Origin: Nitrospirota bacterium
GTDB lineage: Bacteria; Nitrospirota; UBA9217
Reading direction: 5' to 3'
DNA: 64,000 nucleotides
Assembly: GCA_963751455.1 (NCBI GenBank)
Contig: CAVVUN010000015.1
Span: 1,120,001 to 1,184,000 of the forward strand
Shown: piece after piece, positions 49,501 through 60,252 of the stretch
How positions within the stretch are numbered: position 1 is the stretch's first letter
Layout: each line of letters starts with the position of its first letter
The notes under the pieces: generated by a model
The model's database searches: none
Seen by the model: the letters and a program-made list of their open reading frames with translations, nothing else
Told to the model about the DNA's origin: nothing
Program-made: the position numbers and the translations under genes

Positions 49501-50245
49501 ACGCGCATTCAGGGTCTGGCAGCGCCACTGGACAGTCTACACCAAGCTCTACCGGACGAGTTTCGCCCTGAACTTTGCGGAGCCTGCGCTGTACCTCGTT
49601 GCCATGGGCCTCGGTCTCGGCGCGTTCGTACAGAACATTCACGGGCAGCCTTATATCAATTACATCGCACCGGGCATCGTGGCGTCCTCATCCGTGTTCG
49701 CAGCCGTGTATGAATGCACGTACGGAACGTATATACGGATGACTTTTCAGAAGACGTTCGACGCGATCCTCGCAACGCCGATAAACCTCGATGACCTGAT
49801 TGCCGGAGAGCTGATCTGGGGCGCTACCAAAAGCGTGATCTTCGGGATCACGATCATGATCGTGATCGCTCTATTCGGGCTTGTGGACTCGCCCCTTATC
49901 GTGCTTTCGATCCCGTTCATTTTCCTCGGGGGACTGATTTTTGCCGAACTCTCGGTGCTTTTCTGTTCGCTGGTGCCCGGGATCGACTTTTTCAGCTACT
50001 TTTACACCCTGTTCATGACGCCGCTCTTTCTCTTTTCCGGGATTTTTTTTCCGCTCGACAGCATGCCGCCGATCGTCGCGCGCCTTGCTTCGTTCACGCC
50101 CCTTTACCATCTCGTGAACATCTGCCGCGCCTTTGCCGCAGGGACTTTCGAAGGAACAGCCGCGAGCATGGTCTGGATGGTGGTCATGACTGTGGCGCTG
50201 GCTCCGCTGCCGTTTCGCCTGATGAGAAAAAGGGTGATTGAGTAA
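49490..50245 (+). CDS. ABC-2 permease (NodJ-like)
   Basis: EPALYL.AMG.GLG, Y..APG, GELIWG, LFSGIFFP..P, PLYH. Confidence 0.9.
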   Translation: MRIKRAFRVWQRHWTVYTKLYRTSFALNFAEPALYLVAMGLGLGAFVQNIHGQPYINYIAPGIVASSSVFAAVYECTYGTYIRMTFQKTFDAILATPINLDDLIAGELIWGATKSVIFGITIMIVIALFGLVDSPLIVLSIPFIFLGGLIFAELSVLFCSLVPGIDFFSYFYTLFMTPLFLFSGIFFPLDSMPPIVARLASFTPLYHLVNICRAFAAGTFEGTAASMVWMVVMTVALAPLPFRLMRKRVIE

Positions 50246-50365
50246 TAGAAGGCAAAACAGGCGATTCTTTTTTGCCGCAAAGATGCATAAGGAACGCAAG
50301 CGTTCAAGGGACCACAATCCTTCTTTTGCGTCTTTTGCGCATTTTGCGGTTTAAAATATTAAGAT

Positions 50366-51337
50366 ATGGCCAAAAACAGATTCTCGGATAAGGTTGCTTC
50401 AGTCAGACAGGAACCGCTTGCAGCCGATGCCATAAAGGCGTTGCAGGTAAACCTCGGCTACGCCTGCAATATGTCGTGCAAGCATTGCCATGTATCGGCG
50501 GGCCCCGCACGGATCGAGATAATGGACCGAACCACGATCGATCTCGTTATGGCTGTTCTGCACGAACATCGCATAGAAACGCTGGATATTACCGGCGGCG
50601 CGCCGGAAATGAATCCTGGTTTCAGGGCGCTCGTATCGGAAGCGAAGAAGCGGGGAACCAGGGTCATCGTACGCACAAACCTGACCGTTTTTTCTGAACA
50701 GGGGATGGCTGACCTGCCGGAATTCTACCGAGACACCGGTGTTGAATTGATTGCTTCGCTTCCCTGTTACCTCGAGCAGAACGTGGCCGCTGTACGAGGC
50801 AGGGGCGCGTTTGAAAAAAGCATCGAAGCCCTTCGCCGCCTGAACCGGCTGGGCTTCGGCCTGGGATCGCCGGAGCGGCCTCTGAACCTGGTATACAATC
50901 CCTCCGGACCGTTTTTGCCGCCCGCACAGGCAGGACTCGAAGCCGACTATAAGCGTCAATTGAAGGACCAATACGGGATCACGTTCGACCGGCTATACTC
51001 GTTCGTGAACATGCCGCTGGGGAGGTTCAGGGACCGACTGGTTCATAGCGGCGATTACGAGAGATATTGCGCCATGCTCGAATCCTCGTTCAACCCGGAT
51101 ACGCTGGACCGGCTGATGTGCAGGTCGCTCGTAAGCGTCGGTTGGGACGGCAGGCTCTACGACTGCGATTTCAACCAGGTCCTGGGGATACCGGTAACGC
51201 AGGCAGGCAGCCATATTCGAGGCTTTGATCATGATGCGCTTTCCCGAAGGCGCATCGCTGTGGACAATCACTGCTTCGGCTGCACCGCGGGCCAGGGGTC
51301 AACGTGAATGGGCGCAGTGACCGGGCCGGGCGCCTGA
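50366..51337 (+). CDS. arsS: Radical SAM protein ArsS/DUF3641 family, probable C-terminal selenocysteine (UGA 51305)
   Basis: LQVNLG..CNMSCKHCHV, DITGGAPE, ASLPCY, LVYNP, MCRS, YDCDFNQ, HCFGCTAGQGST-UGA-MGA. Confidence 0.85.
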
Positions 51338-51439
51338 TACGCTTGACTGCTGATGGCAGAGCGCTGACGATTTCTGATAGTCTCTGCGTAGCCTCCCGCA
51401 CTCTGAAGTCCGAATTCTGCACTCACCCTGTAACATGCC

Positions 51440-54089
51440 TCATTTCCCGTCCAGCACGTTCCGTACTTTCTCGAGCAATTCGGACGGGATCACCGGTTTC
51501 GACAGGAAATTCACGTCTTTTTCCAGAACGCCCTGATGATTGATCATGTCGGCGGTATACCCGCTCATGAAGAGCGCCTTGACGGCGGGATATTCGCTCA
51601 CGATTCTGTCGTACGCCTTTTTCCCGTTCAACCGGGGCATGATTACGTCGAACAGAAGCAGCCGTATTTCGCCCCGGTGCTGCTTGAATCTTTCAACCGC
51701 CTCTTCGCCGTCCGCGGCTTGAACGACCCGGTAGCCAGGCATCCCGGAGCAGTGAACTGATCATCTCGCGCGACGGTTCGTCGTCTTCGGCAAGCAGTAC
51801 CGTTTCGGAACCCCGAGGGAAGTCGCGCTTATCCTCTCCGACCGGGTTTTCCGCGGCAGCGGTCGTCAGCGGAAAATATATCTGAACGTGCTCCCCTTCC
51901 CGGGTTCGCTGTATACATTGATGAAGCCGTTGTGCTGCTTGACGATTCCATAGACCATTGCAAGCCCCAGCCCTGTGCCCTTGCCGACTTCCTTGGTGGT
52001 AAAAAACGGCTCGAAGACCCTGCTCATGGTCTTGTCATCCATTCCGCAGCCGGTATCGGTCATGCAAAGGCGGGCATATGCGCCCGGAGCGCCGTATCCA
52101 TGAACCGAAATAAAGTCCCGGGTCAGCTCTATAATTTCCGTCTCGATCAGGAATCGTCCCTGGCCCGTAATGGCGTCACGCGCATTGCTCGCGATATTCA
52201 TCAGTACCTGCTCTATCTGGCCGCTGTCCGCCATGACCATGATGTCCTGCGCAGCCAGCATCGTCCGGAGCTCGACCTCCTCGCCGAGGAGCCGCAGAAG
52301 AAGATTTTCGAGGTTCCTGACAATCGCGTTGAGATCGACGGGCCGGAGCTCGATCACCTGTTTTCTGCTATAGGCCAGCATGCCGCGGGTCAGGCCGGCG
52401 GCCCGCTTGGCAGCTGCGACGATCTGCTCCAGGATGAATCGCTCCCGGGAAACTTTTTCGGTCTTTGTCGCCATCATTGATGCGTATCCTGTGATGGTGG
52501 TCAGAATATTGTTGAAATCATGCGCTACGCCGCCTGCCAGCTGGCCCACGGCTTCCATCTTCTGCGCATGCCGGAGCTGTTCCTCTACCTGCTTTCTCTT
52601 CGTCACGTCGTGGAAGAATCCGTAGGAGGCCGTGACCGATCCCTGGTGCCGCTGCGGACTGATCGTGCCTTCAGTCGAAACCGCACGGCCGTCCCTGGCC
52701 GCAAAGATCAGGCTGACCCCGTGAAAGGACTTCCCGGCCAGCGCCTCCCGGAATATCCTGGCCCCGTCCGCATGGTACCGGTCGTGGAGCACATCGAAGA
52801 CGGTCAGTCCCTCCAGTTCCTCCTGCGTGTACTGAAGGGCCGCAAGCCAGGCAGGGTTCACGAACAGGAATTTACCGTTCGCGGGATCAATGCCCTGGAT
52901 CATGTCGTGGGTATTTTCGAAGAGCGTCCGGTAACGCTCTTCAGACTGGTTCAGCGCTGACAGGTGGAGCGAGTTCTTTACGGCAACGGCCGCATTATTG
53001 CCGATCGTCTGGTACAATGCCTGCTCATCGTCGCTGAATTCGCGGCGTTCACGCGTATGACCGATCAGAGCGCCGAACACCTCGTTCTCGATCATCATCG
53101 GCACGCAGAGCGCGGAGGAAATTCCTTCGCTCTTGACGATCCGGCGGTATCTCGAACCGCTGCTCGGCTGCGAAATCGACAACCATTTCGGGCCGCTTGT
53201 TCAGGACGGCGTACGTGGACAGTCCCTGGCCTGCGACGAGCATGAAGGTGTTTACCATGGACTCGGGAAAACCCAGGGTGTCCGCGACAGTCAGCTTCTT
53301 CTTGTCTTGCGAGAGCATCATCAGTGTGGAATAATCGAGCTCCAGGATTTCTTTCGGGACGGCGACTGTTTTCCGGTAGAGCGATTTCAGGTCGGTCGTG
53401 GTCGTGATCTCCCGGGACACGGTAAGAAGGCGTTCAAGGTACCTGGTATGCGCGGAGAGCCGGTTCTCGGCCTGTTTGCGGGAAGTAATATCGCGCACGA
53501 GTTCGACGCCGCCGATGATAGTTCCGGAGGAATCCCTGAGAGGCGATGCGATGATTTCCAGGTAGACGGTGTTCGGCCCCCGCGCCACTTTTCGATCCGC
53601 GCGGTGGATCTTCCCGTCGATGAAGCATAAGGCGATCGGGCAGTCCGGGCAGACGGCATCCGATTTCGCATAGGCTTTATGGCAATACTCTCCGACGCGG
53701 CTCCCCCCGGCAAAGCTCTGATGCACCTGGTTCTGGTAGAGTACCTGGAAATCGGTGCCCTGAATGCTCATGCCGTCGCCCATCGCGGCCATGATCGCTT
53801 CGAACTTGTTCCGTTCCTCCGAGAGGCGAGCAAGATCGCGGTCGTGCTCGGCAGCAAAGCGCGTTACCAGGGAGTAGAGCATCCATGCCGTAAGCCCGAT
53901 GAAGAGAAGAGTGCTGAAGGGCTGCAGTATCAGGCGGGCGGAACCGTTGTCATCGCTAAAAAAAAGTGAATCAGCCCGGTTGAAAAGCAGAAACCAGAGA
54001 AGGGTAGTGAAGGCGTAAATGGCCGCAATCTTGAGCGGGGTAAGCTTTTTCAGAATCGAGTACGACCGTAGACCGGGATTCATCGACAT
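51440..54089 (-). CDS. Hybrid sensor kinase TM-PAS-GAF-PAS-HisKA-HATPase-REC; frameshifts near 53145, 51880, 51750
   Basis: [60 protein letters not shown] across frames. Confidence 0.85.
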
Positions 54090-54258
54090 TTTTCACTTCC
54101 GCCAGGGGTCAGCCGTCAGCGATAGCTGAAAGGCGACTCAAAGACCATCGCGAGACATGTGATATAAAGACCGGAAAAAGAATATCACATGAGGTTTCGA
54201 AAATAAAGAGGTTTTAAACAGTATATATATACTGTTTGTGTGGTGTGATTTGTGATTT

Positions 54259-54298
54259 ACCCCGCAGCAGTCCCGCCTGCAGCGGACTGCTGCGGGGT
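54259..54298. repeat. 40-bp hairpin of the ACCCCG...CGGGGT family
   Basis: ttt-accccgcagcagtcc...ggactgctgcggggt. Confidence 0.6.
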
Positions 54299-54299
54299 C

Positions 54300-55370
54300 A
54301 TGTAATGCGCGGCCGCTGTTTATGGGATGCAGCGGGTTCTTGGAAAAAGCATGTGAGAAGCAAAAGAGGGTTTTAAGCTTTCCCCAGTACGAAGAACATC
54401 AATTAGGCATGCAAAGCACGGCAGAGCACCGAGCTGCCCGAAATAACAAAGGATCTTGCCTGCGGCCAGTGGTTATGAGGTACTTGATTCCCATCACGCG
54501 CTTCAAAGCGAGATGGTACGACAATGAGTCTAAGCAGTGCATAGCGCGAATACAGGCTGGACGTCATGCCAGGATGTTCAAGATTCTTGTCTTTTTTCTG
54601 CACCGCCGTTCGCAACGCCGCGCAAACATGCCAGTTTGTTTTTTTAGTTTCACTTGTCGACACGGCGTACTCATTGCGCTGAGCTCCGCACGCGCATGCA
54701 TGCTTTGTGATTTACCGACTCGTTTCCCGGTCATGTAAAGCGCGGACGTTGCTCACACCCTATACTCGCGGTTCCACTCGTAACTATCGGGTGCAGGCGG
54801 GATGCAGGGGTGTCTGGAAAAACAAACCAAACACAACAAATTTGAACTTTCCAATTTGCAATTTTCAATGTTCTGCAGTATGCAATTGCTTTGGGTTAAA
54901 AGTTTCCCTAAAACCCCGGGGCAGCTTGGTCGCGATAGCTGTGCGTCGGGCATGCCGCCATCCAATATCGATTATTGCAGGCTCAAAGGAGCACGGCCGC
55001 AGGGTAAGTGCTGCAGGGAATAACCGCAAAGTACTGTACGAAGAACGTCAATCAGGCATGCATAGCACAGCAGAGCACCGAGCTGCCCGAAAAAACCAAG
55101 GATCTTGCCTGCGGCCAGTGGTTATTAGGTCCTTGATTCCCATCACTCGCTTCTAAGCGAGATGGTACGACAATGAGTCTAAGCAGTGCATAGCGCGAAT
55201 ACAGGCTGGACGTCATGCCATGAAGTTCAGGATCCTTGTCTTTTTTCTGCAGTCCACTCACATTGCCATGCAAGCATGCTACTGTGTTATCCGGCTCTTT
55301 CTGATATAGAAGGCTACCCTCAGCCTGCGGCCAGCGTTTATGAGTGCCTAGCGCGAATGCAGGCTGCACT
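54300..55370. repeat. Largest block of the long modular repeat (two internal copies) with 42-bp-family inserts at 54756-54797 and ~55324-55366
   Basis: ggcatgca.agcac.gcagagcaccgagctgcccgaaa...gcgagatggtacgacaatgagtctaagcagtgcatagcgcgaatacaggctggacgtcatgcc at ~54405 and ~55055. Confidence 0.9.
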
Positions 55371-55755
55371 CACGCTTCGCTTAAAAAACGCTCCGCTGTG
55401 CTGTCCGGCTTATTGATTTGATCATGTTTTTTCACGCATGACAAAGCACGTCAATGTTCGCGGACCGCAGCGCGCTTTTGGAACTGCAAATGCTTAACAA
55501 AGAAACAACCGCTGGAAGTTCAACACTTTACATTTTGCACTTTGAAATTTGCAATTTTCAATGTTCTTCCGTATCTCGATGTCCCTCCCCCGAACCCTTC
55601 TCTAGTCAATTGCCTCTCTCCCCCCTTGCCATATTCTGCACTTTCCTATACAATACGAATCAGTTATACGGTACTAAGTCTACTGGATTTTCGGCCGCTG
55701 ATCGCTGACAGCTGATAGCTTCTTCTCTGACACTTTGCCACTCTGACACTGTTTT

Positions 55756-56541
55756 ATGCTGAACTCAAAACCTGAACACAACTCTCAAGGCAACCCGAAC
55801 GGGTTCGTGCTTGTAGTCGACAGCGAGCCGCAGAGCCTTATTTTCACGTCCATGATCATCCAACGCCTCGGGTACCATGCCTCCTCGGCGCTTGGCGTCG
55901 GAAATGCCCTTGAGATCATAAGCGGCTCAGCGCCGGCCCTTATCGTCACCGAACTGCATTTAAAGGGTTTAAGCGGCCTCGATCTGCTGGAGCGGCTCAG
56001 GAATAAACAGGCTGCCAGCGCTATCCCGGTCGTCATAATCTTAAGGGAACTGACGCCGGAGCTCGAACAACAGTGCCGGGAGGCAGGCGCTGCTGCCTGC
56101 CTGGAGAAGCCGATCAAGGTCAATGCGCTATACCAGGCGATCCATCCGCTGCTCGAACCCGGGTCCCGCAGGAAGAACATCCGCATCGAGACCAATCTCT
56201 CCGTGACCGTTGACGGACGGCCCCTGGACTGCGTGGACGGCGAGTGCGCTGTCAATCTCTCAGTAAACGGCATGCATTTGCGGATGGCGCGTTCCTATCC
56301 AATCGATTCCTGCGTTCATGTGCGCCTGACGATCAATGAGGAAGAGATTGAGGCGGAAGCAAGGGTCGCGCACTGCCGGGCTCCGGAAAACGGGTACTCG
56401 GGCATGTGGGGCATAGGGTTGCAGTTTCTCAAGAGATCCCCGGAGGCGGGGGAGATCATCCGCAGGTTCATCAACGAGGAGGTTACGCATGGTATGGAGC
56501 CTGCGTGCGGAAGTGGCGGTCTGCCCGATCCGGATGCTTGA
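55756..56541 (+). CDS. Receiver-like domain + PilZ domain protein (paralogue of 33913..34674)
   Basis: VLVVDS, LIVTEL, LEKP; RRKNIR, NLSVNGM, GIGLQF. Confidence 0.82.
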   Translation: MLNSKPEHNSQGNPNGFVLVVDSEPQSLIFTSMIIQRLGYHASSALGVGNALEIISGSAPALIVTELHLKGLSGLDLLERLRNKQAASAIPVVIILRELTPELEQQCREAGAAACLEKPIKVNALYQAIHPLLEPGSRRKNIRIETNLSVTVDGRPLDCVDGECAVNLSVNGMHLRMARSYPIDSCVHVRLTINEEEIEAEARVAHCRAPENGYSGMWGIGLQFLKRSPEAGEIIRRFINEEVTHGMEPACGSGGLPDPDA

Positions 56542-56740
56542 CCGCTGATTTGCTATTATTGAGAGCAATGGAAATATAAAAAGAGCAAATAATAAAGCTT
56601 GACATTTCGGCCCGGATAGGGCATCATCTGGCTCAGAAGTTCCGGATGTTCTTGCAGGCAACCGCAAAGACAGATAGACTTTGCGGCATTTTTATTGTCC
56701 TTTTCCGTCGCTTCAATTCACAAGAAGGAGGTAGCTCATC

Positions 56741-56941
56741 ATGGAGACAGGCACCGTAAAGTGGTTCAATGATTCCAAAGGTTTTGGATTCATTACCCGT
56801 GAAAAGGGCGGCGATGTGTTCGTTCATTTCGGCGACATTCAGGACAGCGGCTTCAAGTCGTTGGCCGAAGGCCAGTCAGTGCAGTTCGACGTTGTCGACT
56901 CGCCCAAAGGCCCCAAAGCATCTAATGTCGTAAAGCTGTAA
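56741..56941 (+). CDS. csp: Cold-shock protein (CspA family)
   Basis: [37 protein letters not shown]. Confidence 0.97.
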   Translation: METGTVKWFNDSKGFGFITREKGGDVFVHFGDIQDSGFKSLAEGQSVQFDVVDSPKGPKASNVVKL

Positions 56942-56964
56942 CCGAAAAACTATCCAAGCTTTTT

Positions 56965-56998
56965 CAGGGCCCTGATTATTTCAGGGCCTGTTTTTTTT
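56965..56998 (+). terminator. Intrinsic terminator after csp
   Basis: cagggccctga-ttatt-tcagggcctg followed by T-run. Confidence 0.7.
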
Positions 56999-57171
56999 GC
57001 GCTCGATGTTGTCACCAAAAGCGGTCCAGGCGTCCTTCTTCGTATATTTTATTGCCTTTTGATTATCTCGTGTTGTTTCTTGAATGCAACTTCCTATCCG
57101 TCGGGAAGGCCAGGCGCGAACAAATATTGTTTCCGCCTCTTTCCCTGTAGCGGTGCTGTCAAGGAGAATAA

Positions 57172-57543
57172 ATGCGCAAACCGACATACAGGGAAAAGCT
57201 GGATATCGAGAGAGCGGCGCTCGTTACTGCCGGCCTCGTATCAGAGCGCTTTCCCGGGGTTTCGAATATTGAATTTCGCATGACCTATTACCGGCGGGGG
57301 TTGAATCAGGTTCTGATGACGCGTACGCTCAGTTTCTCACCCTCTGATTATGCGGGTTTTCATCTGAAATGCATGCATGATGGCTGCACGAACGGGGGAT
57401 ATGATCTTGCTCCGGTGGTTGCAGCTATGGTAAAAGCCCGCAAGAAGTCGTCCAGCGGAAAAATATTTTGTCATGGAACGAACGATACCCTGGGGCATGC
57501 GAGCATCGCCTATGAGGTAAATATTCAATACAGCAAAGGTTGA
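57172..57543 (+). CDS. Hypothetical protein with possible metal-binding Cys/His
   Basis: AAGGAG SD; CMHDGC.NGGYDL, FCHG, H. Confidence 0.7.
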   Translation: MRKPTYREKLDIERAALVTAGLVSERFPGVSNIEFRMTYYRRGLNQVLMTRTLSFSPSDYAGFHLKCMHDGCTNGGYDLAPVVAAMVKARKKSSSGKIFCHGTNDTLGHASIAYEVNIQYSKG

Positions 57544-57620
57544 AACGCTTCAGACCTGTAAAAAAAACAAAGCCCGCTCATTTTCGAGAGGGCTTTTGTT
57601 GTCAAAAGGGGCAGCTGGGA

Positions 57621-57908
57621 TTATTTCGCGCCGAGAATCGCGTCTTTGGCTGCTTTGGCAACGCGGAACTTGACGACTTTTTTCGCCTTTATCTTGATGG
57701 TTTCACCGGTTGCGGGGTTTCTGCCCATACGGGCTTTCCTCTGAACGAGAACGAGCTTGCCGAGCCCGGGCAGTGTGAAGCTGTTTTTTGCTTCCTTGTA
57801 GGCGATTTGTGCGATAAAATCCAGGATGTCAGCGGCCGCCTTCTTCGTAAGTGTCGCTTGCTCTGCGAGCTTTGCTACCAACTGCGATTTCGTTAATGGC
57901 TTTGCCAT
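57621..57908 (-). CDS. hup: HU family DNA-binding protein
   Basis: TKSQL, LPGLGK, RKARMGRNPATGE.I.I.AK.VVKF. Confidence 0.95.
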   Translation of the reverse strand: MAKPLTKSQLVAKLAEQATLTKKAAADILDFIAQIAYKEAKNSFTLPGLGKLVLVQRKARMGRNPATGETIKIKAKKVVKFRVAKAAKDAILGAK

Positions 57909-57969
57909 GTATACCCCTTTCGTCGATTAGAATTGGTTGGAATTCCGTCAGTAGTAAACAATAAAAAGA

Positions 57970-58032
57970 TTACTTCTTCTTGCTCTTTGGTTTTTTTACT
58001 TCTTTTTTTGCGCCTTGCCGTGAAGCTGCCAT
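57970..58032 (-). CDS. 20-aa basic peptide MAASRQGAKKEVKKPKSKKK
   Basis: AAAGGAGGTG SD 7 nt upstream of ATG; TAA stop; co-oriented in cluster. Confidence 0.6.
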   Translation of the reverse strand: MAASRQGAKKEVKKPKSKKK

Positions 58033-58156
58033 GCCGCATCACCTCCTTTGACCGATCAGAGTCTCTTTGCCACAGAGTACAAGAGATTAATATGCAAGCC
58101 TTTCTCTATGACCTCGGTGTCTTTGGTTTGTTATGTTTCCTGGAGGTAAATTTGCG

Positions 58157-58321
58157 TCAGACGCCGTTTTTGTCGTCCTCTCCGCCCTCGGCGCGCGGTT
58201 CCTGATTCTCAATGGGAATTATTGCGTTTTTATCAAGCTTGCGTTGTCTTTTTTCCTCGCTCTTCTTTTTCTTTGCAAGTTCCTTCTGACGCTTTTGAAA
58301 ATTAAAATTCGGTTTTCCCAC
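58157..58321 (-). CDS. Small basic protein (54 aa)
   Basis: AAGGAGG SD, GTG start; GKPNFNFQKRQKELAKKKKSEEKRQRK. Confidence 0.75.
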   Translation of the reverse strand: MGKPNFNFQKRQKELAKKKKSEEKRQRKLDKNAIIPIENQEPRAEGGEDDKNGV

Positions 58322-58435
58322 TGGATGCCTCCTTAGGAAGAAATGTTCAAACTGACCCGCCCGACAGCGGGCTGGAAGAAGGCGCATGCTTTACGGCGAT
58401 CGACGTTTGATGCAGCGGGTACCGCGTTACGGCAC

Positions 58436-58654
58436 CTACCTTCCCGGCCTCGGCGCAGAACCGGATGGCCGCGAGCGCCTGAGGAGTTTCCTCTTTCGCT
58501 TCTCCGCCTCCACCTGTTTTCTCTTTTTTTTCACCGAGGGCTTTTCGTAAAAGCGCCGTTTCTTCAGATCCCCGAACAGCCCATCAAGCTGGAGTTTCTT
58601 TTTCAGGGTCCGCAGGGCCTTTTCGATGTCCCGGGACTGGACCATTACCTCCAA
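58436..58654 (-). CDS. rpsU: 30S ribosomal protein bS21
   Basis: IEKALR.LKKK....G...DLKKRRFYEKPS.KKKRK. Confidence 0.92.
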   Translation of the reverse strand: MEVMVQSRDIEKALRTLKKKLQLDGLFGDLKKRRFYEKPSVKKKRKQVEAEKRKRKLLRRSRPSGSAPRPGR

Positions 58655-58989
58655 GATCGTTTTCCTCCGCCACCGCCGCCGTAGCCGCCGCCACCTCCGC
58701 GATTACCACCGCCGCCGCCGAACCCGGAACGTGCGCGCTCTGTCTTCGGCCGGGCCTCGTTCACCGTGATCGTCCGGTCCATGAACGATGTGCCGTTCAT
58801 CGCGGAGATCGCCTTTTCCGCGTCCTCATCCGACGCCATCTCCACGAAACCGAACCCCTTGGACCTGCCGTTGGTCTGATCGACGATCAGCGTCGCGGAC
58901 AGGACCTCTCCGATTTTCGAGAATGCCTCCCGCAAATCCTCCTCATGAGTATTGTACGAGAGATTTCCTACATAAAGTTTCTTCGCCAT
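58645..58989 (-). CDS. RRM RNA-binding protein with Gly-rich tail
   Basis: LYVGNL (RNP2), KGFGFVEM (RNP1), VNEARP. Confidence 0.95.
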   Translation of the reverse strand: MAKKLYVGNLSYNTHEEDLREAFSKIGEVLSATLIVDQTNGRSKGFGFVEMASDEDAEKAISAMNGTSFMDRTITVNEARPKTERARSGFGGGGGNRGGGGGYGGGGGGKRSWR

Positions 58990-59294
58990 GATGCCTCCTG
59001 TGTATTTCAAGTCGCCTGACGGTCATTGCCGCACAGCGCGTTTACGTCCCTTCACAGTCACTCTGTGTCCCGTAGAAAAGCGCGGATTTCGCGTGAGGTG
59101 ACCGGCAAAGCCGCATCGTTCGCCAACCAGACATGCTGTCGCTTTTGAGTGCGAAAGGTGAGAGCGAGAGGAGTCAGTGATCGATGATAGGGCAGGGGCA
59201 TCTCTTCAGATAACCAGAGCCCATTGCCCCGTTAATGGCGTGTAGTATATTATACCCGTTTTCGCTCATTTTGCAAGGGTTTTTCGGGACTGCG

Positions 59295-59422
59295 TTTCAC
59301 GCGGAGGCGCGGAGTCGCGGAGGATAAATCAACAACCGGTCCTCTGTTCGGTTTATCCCAAAAAACATAAAGTTCGGCTTTTTTTTCCGATTCTCCGCGA
59401 GTTCCATGCCTCCGCGCGAGAC
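59295..59422. repeat. Octamer-periodic imperfect palindrome
   Basis: cacgcggaggcgcggagtcgcggag ... ctccgcgagttccatgcctccgcgcg. Confidence 0.65.
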
Positions 59423-59521
59423 TTTCGGTAAAAATTCGGTGAAGTCTTGCGAATTCCTCCGCGAACTCTGTTATGCGTGCATTATGGCAACAACAGGGTA
59501 CGCCTCCGCATGAGACAAGTC

Positions 59522-59941
59522 TTATTCCTCGATCGGCGTTGTAATTTGCGCTCCCTTAGGAAGCACCATGCTGACCACAACCCTCGCGGATGGGCCCCTG
59601 TTTGCGACTGAATGTACATCGCCAGGATTTTCGGTCCAGCTCTCGCCGGTTTTAACTACTCTTTCAGCGTTACCCTGTACCAGCGTCATTTCACCGCTCA
59701 GTACGGTTACGAGCACCTGCCCGCCGTGAAAATGTTTCGGAAAACCCGCGCCGGTGGGAAAATCAATTACGGCGGTGAGAAGATTGTACTCACGACCTTC
59801 GAGCAGGATAGGAAAATTAGACTGATAAACAAATATGGGACCTGGGGTCGTAGTTTCTGCCTGCGGTTCCTGGGCCGCTGCTGCGGAACCGAAGAGAAAA
59901 ACCGCGAGGATCAGCATTGGGAGTTGTTTTATCGGTTTCAT
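59522..59941 (-). CDS. Exported cupin-domain protein
   Basis: Signal peptide; HFHGG...VLSGE, GESW.E.PG.VH. Confidence 0.85.
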   Translation of the reverse strand: MKPIKQLPMLILAVFLFGSAAAAQEPQAETTTPGPIFVYQSNFPILLEGREYNLLTAVIDFPTGAGFPKHFHGGQVLVTVLSGEMTLVQGNAERVVKTGESWTENPGDVHSVANRGPSARVVVSMVLPKGAQITTPIEE

Positions 59942-60252
59942 GGTTAACCTCCGCTAAAAGATCCATATTGTTTCTCTTTTTATTATGAACAGTGATCCTC
60001 CGAATGTCAAATCGGGATAGTCGTTGTCCGCATTAGCAGACGCTTCCATGGAAAGATAGTCAGCAGAAGAGCTGTTCCCGCACGCAAATCAGCAGCCAAT
60101 TCGCACGAAAATTCCGCGCTCAATAAGCGTCGCGCTGCATTTGACAGTTTTGAAATCTAAACTGGACCTGATCCTCCGTTGTATGCTATTCTCGTAGCAG
60201 TTATAGTCGCACTTCCGGCGCGAAAGATCGGGTCTCAGAGAGAGGACATCAT

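Noticed and set aside
54322-55708. ORFs in the long repeat blocks (also 42849-43554, 37195-37645, 7547-8146, 11276-11464)
   Set aside because: They are translations of non-coding repeats; frames are not conserved between copies.
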